A DNA stretch of 64,000 nucleotides, from NCBI GenBank assembly GCA_049510745.1, contig JBEKYR010000001.1, positions 32,001 through 96,000 on the forward strand, written 5' to 3'. Shown one piece after another: positions 50,148 through 58,252 of the stretch. Numbering within the stretch: position 1 is the first letter of the stretch; every line of letters starts with the position of its first letter. The translations under genes were made by a program, and so were the position numbers. The notes beneath the pieces were generated by a model. That model saw only the letters and a list, made by a program, of their open reading frames with translations. It did no database searches and was not told where the DNA came from. This stretch comes from Verrucomicrobiota bacterium. GTDB taxonomy: Bacteria; Verrucomicrobiota; Verrucomicrobiia; Limisphaerales; Palsa-1400.

Positions 50148-50187
50148 TGTCGGGTTTGGGGGGTGAATGGCGCATTTAGGTACAGAA
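50148..50187 (+). promoter_or_regulatory. Candidate ECF promoter, copy 2 (TGTCGG-N17-CGCATT)
   Basis: TGTCGGGTTTGGGGGGTGAATGGCGCATTTAGGTACAGAA, ending 58 bp before ATG 50245. Confidence 0.65.
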
Positions 50188-50244
50188 GAGCACTGACATG
50201 AAGAACTGCAAGAAACCCCAACTCTCTCAATCAAAAAACAAAAT

Positions 50245-52452
50245 ATGAAGAAAATGACGATAAGCAAAAAACTGTGTTATCTGGCGTTTGTTGGCTTGGC
50301 GCTGTGTTTGAGTCACCGTGTTTCAGCGCAGGATGACCACTGGAATGGCACGACAAGCAACAATCTGTGGAACAACCCGGCGAACTGGAGTGAAGGCATA
50401 GTGCCGCCCAACGATACGAATGCGGTTCCCCCTTACCCCTGCGGCGGCGGGACATATTTTCGAGGCAACGTGTGGCTTGATCCCGCAAATGGAGATACCG
50501 TGATAACAATTCCCCCAGGGGACATTGAAGCTCCCGGCGTCCCAGTATGCGGTGAAGGGGATAACTATGCGTTTAATACGATTTTTGGCCCGGAGTTCGG
50601 ACTCACTCTCAACATCTACGGCTCGTTGAGCTTCGCCTGGACAATTGCCCCGTATTCGCCCGATCCCGCGGCGCGCAGCATTATCAATATGTTTACCAAT
50701 TCCTCCATGTCCACTGACGGCGCCTCTCTCAATCTCGGTGATGGCTGGTGGCCGATAGCGGAGGGGTGTTATGTGACGATGAACATGTACGACAACGCCC
50801 AATACAGCAGTCTTGGCGGAGCCGGATGGTGGTGGGGGGGTCATTTGAATATCTATGACAATGCGAGTTTCTTTATCAATGGGTACGTCAACTTTGGTGA
50901 TGTCTCGAATCCTAATTGGTCCCAATCTGACGGCACAAGGTCGCTTGTTCTCGGCGGCGGCACGTTGACCCTGCCGGAAGGCAGCATTACCGACACCAAT
51001 GCGGGAAAAGTCTTTGATTGGGTGGGAAGAGGCATGCTTCGAGCCTATGGCAAGGGGGAGGATACGAACGACCTTATTGCCACTGACAATACCACCAACA
51101 CGATCGTGACGGTTGTGCCTTTGGGCGGCGCCCTGGAACGTGTTTATTTCCAACCCTTGCTCAAGACTAATGTGCCCCTGGGCACGTTCCAACAGTTGGT
51201 GCTGGTCGGCGATTACCCGGCGGTCACGGGAGTCTATTTGAGTTCGTCGGAACCGGGTTTGAACCCGGCGTCGTTTCCCAAGCCGGTTTACACATCGAGC
51301 AATCCCAATGCGGTCACGGTGAATGCCGTCGGCGTTGCCACCGCCGTCGCTCCAGGCAGCGCCACGGTGAGCGCCACGGTCGGCGCGTTCACCAGCACCA
51401 ACACGGTGACGATTACCGTCTCGGATAACCCACCGAGCCTGATCCACCGCTACAGCTTTACCAACAGTTCGGGCACCAACGTGGCGGACTTGGTGGGCGG
51501 CACGAATTATACGGCCCAGCTCGTTGGCGGCGCCACTTTGGGCGGAGGACAGGTCACGCTGGATGGTTCAACGGGCTATGTGCAATTGCCGGCCGGAATT
51601 CTGGGCGGCTTGGACGAGGTCACGATCGAGACTTGGGCCAGCTTTGGCAGTCCCATCAATCATTTTGCGAATCTCTTCTGTTTTGGATATGCGGATCAAA
51701 CTGGGGCAAACAATGGGAGTGGAGCCGATTACATTAATGTCCAGTTGGACTACGCAGGAAATCCAACCACACAGTTGGACTTCGGCCAGGGTATCCCCGG
51801 CAACACGGGTGAACGGGATGCCGTGGCAAACACGGCTCTGGATGGAAAGACCAATGTGCAGGTCGTTGCCGTCTATCATCCGTATGCAGGCTACGAGTCG
51901 CTCTATATCAATGGCGCGCTTGCCGCGACTCAGACGATGTTCAACAACATGTCTGATCCAGTGGCTTTTGCCGGTCCTACCTACAACAGTGGAAGCATTC
52001 TGGCCTACACGCTCGGCGCGCAGGCGATTTTTGACGGCGCGGCCGGACCGACCCCGAACAATTATATCGGTTGGGATGTCTATCAAGGAACCAATGGTCT
52101 TATGCTTCCAGGGATTGCTGGCGCAGACCCGTCTCTCAATGGTTCGGTTGCTGAGTTTCGCATTTACAGCAGCCCGCTGACGGCCGCTCAGATCAAGGCC
52201 GACTACGCCCTCGGCCCCAATCAACTCATCGGTGCGAACACGCATGTGACGCTGACCGCGACGCTCTCGGGCGGCAACATAGTGATCAGTTGGCCGACGA
52301 GTTCCGCCTACGTGACCTTGGTGTCCAGCCCGGTGCTGGGGGCCGGCGCCGTGTGGACGCCGGTGAGCAGCGGCACGCTGGCGGTTGTCGGCGCCAATTA
52401 CCAGGAAACCATTGCAATTACAGGTTCCACCCAGTTCTTCGGACTGGAGTAA
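50245..52452 (+). CDS. Secreted protein: unknown beta-rich N-terminal domain, Big_2-like Ig, LamG, C-terminal domain
   Basis: Signal peptide; WNG..SNNLWNNPANWS; YTSSNPNAVTV..GVATAVAPGSATVSAT; LIHRYSF...EFRIYS; ends TQFFGLE. Confidence 0.82.
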   Translation: MKKMTISKKLCYLAFVGLALCLSHRVSAQDDHWNGTTSNNLWNNPANWSEGIVPPNDTNAVPPYPCGGGTYFRGNVWLDPANGDTVITIPPGDIEAPGVPVCGEGDNYAFNTIFGPEFGLTLNIYGSLSFAWTIAPYSPDPAARSIINMFTNSSMSTDGASLNLGDGWWPIAEGCYVTMNMYDNAQYSSLGGAGWWWGGHLNIYDNASFFINGYVNFGDVSNPNWSQSDGTRSLVLGGGTLTLPEGSITDTNAGKVFDWVGRGMLRAYGKGEDTNDLIATDNTTNTIVTVVPLGGALERVYFQPLLKTNVPLGTFQQLVLVGDYPAVTGVYLSSSEPGLNPASFPKPVYTSSNPNAVTVNAVGVATAVAPGSATVSATVGAFTSTNTVTITVSDNPPSLIHRYSFTNSSGTNVADLVGGTNYTAQLVGGATLGGGQVTLDGSTGYVQLPAGILGGLDEVTIETWASFGSPINHFANLFCFGYADQTGANNGSGADYINVQLDYAGNPTTQLDFGQGIPGNTGERDAVANTALDGKTNVQVVAVYHPYAGYESLYINGALAATQTMFNNMSDPVAFAGPTYNSGSILAYTLGAQAIFDGAAGPTPNNYIGWDVYQGTNGLMLPGIAGADPSLNGSVAEFRIYSSPLTAAQIKADYALGPNQLIGANTHVTLTATLSGGNIVISWPTSSAYVTLVSSPVLGAGAVWTPVSSGTLAVVGANYQETIAITGSTQFFGLE

Positions 52453-52465
52453 TGGGATTACAGGC

Positions 52466-52492
52466 GGGGCCGGGAGACGCCCGGCTCCCTTT
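52466..52492 (+). terminator. Probable weak terminator or hairpin
   Basis: GGGGCCGGG-AGACG-CCCGGCTCC-CTTT just after stop 52452. Confidence 0.5.
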
Positions 52493-52516
52493 CTGGCAGG
52501 GGTGGCAAGGCGAGGC

Positions 52517-54946
52517 ATGTTTGCGGTGCCTCGCCTTGTCCTTCTCCTTGCGTTCCTGGGCATCGGGCGCGGCGCGGCGCAGATTCCGTTGCAGGGCGAC
52601 TTTTTTGTTCACGATCCGTCCCCCATGAACAAATGCGACGGGCGCTATTACATCTACTTTACAGGCCAGGACATTCCCTCTATTTCATCGCCGGACAAAA
52701 TCAATTGGGTGGCGGGGCCATCCGCCTTCAACGCCACCAACGCGCCTCTCTGGACCACCAACGCGGTTCCGGGATTCACCGGCTTTTTCTGGGCGCCGGA
52801 CGTGGTCGGTCTCAACGGCGGCTATTACCTTTACTACGCCGTCTCCACTTTCGGCAGCCAGGTGTCCGCCATAGGGCTGGCCACCAATTCCACCCTGGAC
52901 CCGGCGGCGCCCGGTTACCAATGGGTGGACCAGGGGCCGGTCATCCAGTCCGGCAGCGGAGTCAATTACAATGCGATCGATCCCAGTGTGCTTCTGCTGG
53001 CCAACGGCCAGTTGTGGATGTCGTTCGGTTCCTTCTGGAGCGGCATCCAGATGATCCAGCTTGATCCCGTGACCGGCAAACGGATCAGCGCCAATTCCAC
53101 TGTCTATGCCCTGGCCACCCATCCGCCGAGCACGGCCATCGAAGCCTCATGCCTCGCGCAAAATGGCAGTTTCTACTATCTGTTTGTCAACTGGGACACC
53201 TGCTGTTCCGGGGTTGACAGCACCTATAGCATCCGGGTCGGCCGCAGTTCCAGCATCACCGGGCCGTATTTGGACCAGAACGGCGTCAGTATGGCGGCCG
53301 GAGGCGGCACGCTCTTTCTGGAGAGCACGGGACGATTCATCGGCCCCGGCCAGGCGGGCCTGTTGGTTGAGGCGCAGACCAATTGGTTTACTTACCACTA
53401 CTACGACGGCAACAACCACGGCGCCCCGACTCTCGGCCTGGGCCAGATGACTTGGAGCGCCGGCGGCTGGCCGCAATTGACCAATAACTGGTGCGCCTTT
53501 TATCCGTTTGAAGCCAACGCCCAGGAGCATCTCGGCCAGTTTAACGGACAGATGGTCAACGGCGCCTCCATCACCAACGACCCCGATCGCGGCCACACCC
53601 TCCTCCTGGACGGCGTCAGCAACTATGCCTCGCTGCCCTTATCGGCCGCCAACGCCAGCACGTTTGCCATTTGGGCAAAATGGAACGGCGGCGCCGGCTG
53701 GCAGCGCGTCTTCGATTTTGGCGATGGCACCGGCCGCTACCTCTTCTTGACGCCCGCCAATGGAGTCAACGGCCTGCTGCGATTCGCCATTACCACCAAC
53801 GGCAACGGCAATGAACAAATCATCGACGCCCCCATCGCCTTGCCGACAAATTCGTGGTGTCATCTCGCGGTGGTCCTCAACGGCGCGTCGGGCAAGCTTT
53901 ATTTCAACGGCCTTCCCGTTGCCACCAAGAGCAATCTGACCATTCGACCCTGGCAGGTCCAGGCTGCCAGCAATTACCTCGGATTGAGCCAGTTTGCCGC
54001 CGATCCCCATTTCAGCGGGCAACTCGATTCCCTTCGCATTTACGGCATCGCTCTGAGCGACGCGCAAGTCCTGAATGTGGCCGAGGCCCATCCCGGGTTG
54101 GCCCATCGCTACTCTTTTTCCGCCGACGCCACCGACTCCATCGGCGCCGCGGATGGCGCCCTCAGTGGAAACGCGCTCATCGCCGGGAACGCGCTCGTTT
54201 TGGACGGTTCGACGGGAAGCTATGTCAATCTGCCCGGCGGATTGGTCAGCGGATGCACGGCGGCGAGCCTGGAATTCTGGGCCACGTTTGGGGTCAACAG
54301 CAACTGGGCGAGAGTTTTCGACTTTGGCGCGACCAACGGGGCCAGCGGCCAGCAGTTTCTTTTCTTCAGCCCGCACACCGGCGTCAATTCGCAACGCCTG
54401 ACAATCTCCACGTCCACCGCAACCGCCAACCTCGACGTTCCGGGGACGCTCGACGGCGCCGCCGTGCAGGTCGTCTGCATCGTCGATCCCACCAACAATT
54501 ACTGCGCCATTTACACCAATGGGACCCTGGAATCCGCCGCCACCGCCGCCCTGCCGCCTTTGAGCGGCGTCAGTTCGGCCCTTTCCTATCTGGGCCGCTC
54601 TCTTTTTTCCGCCGATGCGTGGCTGACGGGCGCGATCGACGAGTTTCGCATTTATGACGGCCGTCTTTCGCCCCAGCAAATCATGGCCGATTACCAAGGC
54701 GGCCCCAACGGACTGGCCATGCCGGTCAGTCTGGCCGCCTGGGCGTCCGGCCAGACTTTCACCTTGACGTGGCCCTCCTTCGCCGCCGGTTTCCTGCTCG
54801 AATCGGCCCCGGCGCTGGGCGCGGGCGCGCGTTGGAGCGTCGTGACCAACACGGCCAGCATCGCCAACAACACCAATTGGGTCGTGCTTCCCGTTGCCAA
54901 TGCCGCCGCGTTTTTTAGACTGCGCCGGGCGGACGTTGGCAGCTAA
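52517..54946 (+). CDS. Secreted GH43 endo-alpha-1,5-arabinanase with 2 LamG domains and C-terminal domain
   Basis: VHDPS, WAPD, NAIDP, SFGSFWSGI, IEA, GPG motifs; two LamG domains; ends AFFRLRR; ATG 52517 gives a signal peptide. Confidence 0.9.
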   Translation: MFAVPRLVLLLAFLGIGRGAAQIPLQGDFFVHDPSPMNKCDGRYYIYFTGQDIPSISSPDKINWVAGPSAFNATNAPLWTTNAVPGFTGFFWAPDVVGLNGGYYLYYAVSTFGSQVSAIGLATNSTLDPAAPGYQWVDQGPVIQSGSGVNYNAIDPSVLLLANGQLWMSFGSFWSGIQMIQLDPVTGKRISANSTVYALATHPPSTAIEASCLAQNGSFYYLFVNWDTCCSGVDSTYSIRVGRSSSITGPYLDQNGVSMAAGGGTLFLESTGRFIGPGQAGLLVEAQTNWFTYHYYDGNNHGAPTLGLGQMTWSAGGWPQLTNNWCAFYPFEANAQEHLGQFNGQMVNGASITNDPDRGHTLLLDGVSNYASLPLSAANASTFAIWAKWNGGAGWQRVFDFGDGTGRYLFLTPANGVNGLLRFAITTNGNGNEQIIDAPIALPTNSWCHLAVVLNGASGKLYFNGLPVATKSNLTIRPWQVQAASNYLGLSQFAADPHFSGQLDSLRIYGIALSDAQVLNVAEAHPGLAHRYSFSADATDSIGAADGALSGNALIAGNALVLDGSTGSYVNLPGGLVSGCTAASLEFWATFGVNSNWARVFDFGATNGASGQQFLFFSPHTGVNSQRLTISTSTATANLDVPGTLDGAAVQVVCIVDPTNNYCAIYTNGTLESAATAALPPLSGVSSALSYLGRSLFSADAWLTGAIDEFRIYDGRLSPQQIMADYQGGPNGLAMPVSLAAWASGQTFTLTWPSFAAGFLLESAPALGAGARWSVVTNTASIANNTNWVVLPVANAAAFFRLRRADVGS

Positions 54947-54954
54947 ACTCCGAT

Positions 54955-55956
54955 ATGACTTCGCCATCCCAAAAACTGGCCGTTGTTGTTCTAAGCCTGG
55001 CTTGCTGCGGCGTTGCCTTCGGCGCGGAGACCAACACGGCCACCAATACGGCGGTCCTCCTGCTTGGCCGGCGCGACGTCTCCGTCCACGACCCATCCAC
55101 CATTGTCCGTTGCAAGGATGAGTACTGGGTTTTCGCCACCGGCCGCGGCCTCGTTTCCCGCCATTCCACCAATTTGACGCATTGGACTCTAGGCCCGCGG
55201 GTTTTCACAAACGCCCCGTCCTGGACCACCAACGCCGTTCCCGGCAATCGCGGCGATTTCTGGGCTCCGGACGTTATCCACCTGGGCAACCGCTACCTCC
55301 TTTACTACGCCGTCTCCACTTGGGGCAAGAACACCTCCGCCATCGGACTGGCGACCAATCGCACCCTGGATCCCGCCGACCCCGATTACGCCTGGGCAGA
55401 TCAGGGACCCGTCATCCAAACCACGGCCACAAGCGACTGCAATGCCATCGATCCGGCGATCACATTGGACACCGGCGGAAAATTGTGGCTCGCCTTCGGC
55501 TCCTTTTGGACCGGCATCAAACTGGTGGAACTCGACCCCACGACCGGCAAACGCCGCGCCACCAATTCTCCCATCTACTCGCTGGCCCACCATGACATGA
55601 TCGAAGCGTCCTATATCTATTGGCGCGACGGTTATTACTATTTGTTCGTCAACTGGGGCCAATGCTGCCGGGGCGTCAAGAGCACCTATAACATTCGCGT
55701 CGGCCGCTGCAAAAAGATCACCGGCCCCTACCTGGACAAGGAGGGGGTCGATCTGCTTCTGGACGGCGGCAGTTTGGTTTTGGGCAGCACTGGGCCGTTC
55801 ATCGGGCCGGGCCACGCGGGCATCATTTCGGCCGGCGGACAGGATTGGTTCAGTTGTCATTTTTATGACGGCACGCGCGAGGGAAATCCGACGCTGGCTC
55901 TCCTTCCCCTCCAATGGGATGCCGCCGGCTGGCCGGTAGTGGGCGCTCCGCACTGA
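54955..55956 (+). CDS. Secreted single-domain GH43 endo-alpha-1,5-arabinanase
   Basis: VHDPS, WAPD, NAIDP, FGSFWTGI, IEA, GPGH; clear paralogue of the upstream catalytic domain. Confidence 0.9.
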   Translation: MTSPSQKLAVVVLSLACCGVAFGAETNTATNTAVLLLGRRDVSVHDPSTIVRCKDEYWVFATGRGLVSRHSTNLTHWTLGPRVFTNAPSWTTNAVPGNRGDFWAPDVIHLGNRYLLYYAVSTWGKNTSAIGLATNRTLDPADPDYAWADQGPVIQTTATSDCNAIDPAITLDTGGKLWLAFGSFWTGIKLVELDPTTGKRRATNSPIYSLAHHDMIEASYIYWRDGYYYLFVNWGQCCRGVKSTYNIRVGRCKKITGPYLDKEGVDLLLDGGSLVLGSTGPFIGPGHAGIISAGGQDWFSCHFYDGTREGNPTLALLPLQWDAAGWPVVGAPH

Positions 55957-56005
55957 TGCGAGAAGCAAACATGAAATCCTTGACTCCACGACAAACTCAA
56001 ACCTT

Positions 56006-57979
56006 ATGAAACTGAAACTCTCCATTGTCTCAACCCTTGGCGCGGCCCTGGCCTTGCTGGCCGCAAATCCTGCCGCCCGCGCCACCACCCTGACCATCGA
56101 CGCCGGGCATCCCGGCGCCGCCATCAATCCCGCCATGTGGGGGATATTTTTCGAGGACATCAATTTCGGGGCCGACGGCGGCCTTTATGCCGAAATGGTC
56201 AAGAACCGTTCGTTTGAGTTCCCGGACCCGCTGATGGGCTGGATAAAAATCAGTCCCAGCCTGGCCAGGGGCGAACTGGCCGTGCGCGGGGAGGATCCCT
56301 TGACGCCGGCCAATCCCCATTATCTGCGCGTTCACTCCGAAGGCTCGGCCCCGTTCGGGATTTCCAACCCTGGCTTCCGGCGCATGGGTGTGAGTCAAGA
56401 CGAAAGCTACAATTTCTCCATCGAAGTCCGCCCGGTGGCCGGCGCGCCCGTCCTGGAGGCGCAATTGGTGGCGGCCGATGGCAGCGTGCTCGACTCGGCG
56501 CGGCTGGAGGGGTTTGCCGCCGGATGGAAGCGATACACCCTGGTGCTGCATCCCAAGGAGAGCGATTGGGGGGCGCGGCTGAATGTCCTCATGACAACCA
56601 AAGGAACGGTGGATTTGGACATGGTTTCATTATTCCCGGAACACACCTGGAAAAACCGCCCGGGCGGGTTGCGCGCCGACATGGCGCAAATGCTGGCGGA
56701 TCTCAAGCCCGGCTTTCTGCGGTTCCCCGGCGGTTGCATCGTCGAAGGCAGCATCCTGGACCGCCGTTACCAATGGAAGAAGACCATCGGGCCGGTTGGG
56801 GACCGCTCTCTCCTCATCAACCGCTGGAATTATGAGTTCGTTCACCGGCCCACTCCCGATTATTTCCAGTCCTTCGGCCTGGGCTTCTTTGAGTTCTTCC
56901 AACTGTGCGAAGACATCGGCGCGCAGCCGCTGCCCATTCTCAACTGCGGCATGGCCTGCCAGTTCAACTCGGGCGAACTGTGTCCGCTCGACCAGCTTGA
57001 GCCTTACATTCAGGACGCCTTGGACCTCATTGAATTCGCCAACGGGCCGGAGACCAGCGTCTGGGGCGCGAAACGGGCGGCAATGGGCCATCCCCAGCCG
57101 TTCCAGATGAAAATGATGGGGGTGGGCAACGAGCAGTGGGGCCCGCAGTATATCGAGCGCTACGTCCGGTTCGCCGCCGCGCTCAAGGCAAAGCATCCGG
57201 AAATTATGCTTGTCTCGGATGCCGGCCCGTCGCCCGACGACGAACGTTTCCAGTTTCTCTGGCCCAAACTGCGCGAGCTGCATGCGGACATTGTGGACGA
57301 GCATTGCTACGCCAATCCCCCCTGGTTTTTCAACAACACCCATCGCTACGACAACTATGATCCCAACGGCCCGAAGGTCTTCATGGGCGAGTATGCCGCC
57401 CAAAGCGTTGACGTCGTCAGCCCCAAAAACCGCAATACGCTGGAATGCGCGCTGGCCGAAGCCGCCTATATGACCGGCCTGGAACGCAATGCCGCCGTCG
57501 TCCGCATGGCCTCCTACGCGCCCCTCTTCGGCAACGCGGAGGCCTGGCAATGGACGCCCAACCTGATCTGGGTGGACAACCACCGGATTTACGGCACGCC
57601 CGATTATTACGCCCAGCAACTTTTCAGCCGCAACCGCGGCGACGTCGTCCTGCCCGTTTCCAGTGACGATCCAGCCTCGACCAGTTTCTTTGCCTCGGCG
57701 GTGCGGGACAATCAGACGAAGGACATCATTCTCAAAGTGGTCAACGCGAGCAGCCAGGCGGCGCCCGCCGCCCTTCATCTTAACGGAATCCCGCCCGGCG
57801 CGCAGAAGGCGCAAGCCACCATTCTGACGAGCGACAACACGGCGGATGAAAATTCATTCGACCAGCCGCGCAAAGTTGCGCCGGTCACGGTTTCGATCGG
57901 AGAGGTTGGAGGGGGGTTTGACTACACCTTCAGGCCCAATTCGCTGACCGTGCTCAGAATCGGGCCGGGCCGCGAATGA
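56006..57979 (+). CDS. Secreted GH51 alpha-L-arabinofuranosidase
   Basis: GIFFEDINFGADGGLYAE, RFPGGC, GNEQWG, GEYA, MASYAPLF. Confidence 0.93.
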   Translation: MKLKLSIVSTLGAALALLAANPAARATTLTIDAGHPGAAINPAMWGIFFEDINFGADGGLYAEMVKNRSFEFPDPLMGWIKISPSLARGELAVRGEDPLTPANPHYLRVHSEGSAPFGISNPGFRRMGVSQDESYNFSIEVRPVAGAPVLEAQLVAADGSVLDSARLEGFAAGWKRYTLVLHPKESDWGARLNVLMTTKGTVDLDMVSLFPEHTWKNRPGGLRADMAQMLADLKPGFLRFPGGCIVEGSILDRRYQWKKTIGPVGDRSLLINRWNYEFVHRPTPDYFQSFGLGFFEFFQLCEDIGAQPLPILNCGMACQFNSGELCPLDQLEPYIQDALDLIEFANGPETSVWGAKRAAMGHPQPFQMKMMGVGNEQWGPQYIERYVRFAAALKAKHPEIMLVSDAGPSPDDERFQFLWPKLRELHADIVDEHCYANPPWFFNNTHRYDNYDPNGPKVFMGEYAAQSVDVVSPKNRNTLECALAEAAYMTGLERNAAVVRMASYAPLFGNAEAWQWTPNLIWVDNHRIYGTPDYYAQQLFSRNRGDVVLPVSSDDPASTSFFASAVRDNQTKDIILKVVNASSQAAPAALHLNGIPPGAQKAQATILTSDNTADENSFDQPRKVAPVTVSIGEVGGGFDYTFRPNSLTVLRIGPGRE

Positions 57980-58091
57980 ATCCATTCACGGCCGGACCTC
58001 CGGCGGCGCGCCGCCGCGCCTGGTTTCCACGCCACAAAATGGCTTGCCGCAATTTTTCGGCGGGCGCATATTGTATCTGTCGATTGGCCGT

Positions 58092-58166
58092 GCGCGCTTA
58101 GCTCAGCGGTAGAGCATTACCTTCACACGGTAGGGGTCGCAGGTTCAAACCCTGCAGCGCGCACCA
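58092..58166 (+). tRNA. tRNA-Val (anticodon CAC)
   Basis: GCGCGCT/AGCGCGC acceptor stem; D arm GCTCAGCGGTAGAGC; anticodon arm TTACC-TTCACAC-GGTAG; T loop GGTTCAAAC; encoded CCA. Confidence 0.95.
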
Positions 58167-58252
58167 TTCTTCATTTGCAATGGGTGACGCGGATTTTGAG
58201 CTAAAACCAACAACCAGTTCAGATTTGTTTCAGGATATGATTAAGGAACAGG

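Noticed and set aside
44589..54946. LamG repeats as diversity-generating retroelement targets or as cellulosome cohesins
   Set aside because: No reverse transcriptase or adenine-specific template/variable repeat pair, and no dockerin or cohesin motifs seen
58092..58252. tRNA-Val as integration site of a genomic island
   Set aside because: A short AT-rich stretch follows, but no integrase and no duplicated tRNA 3' end were found in the window
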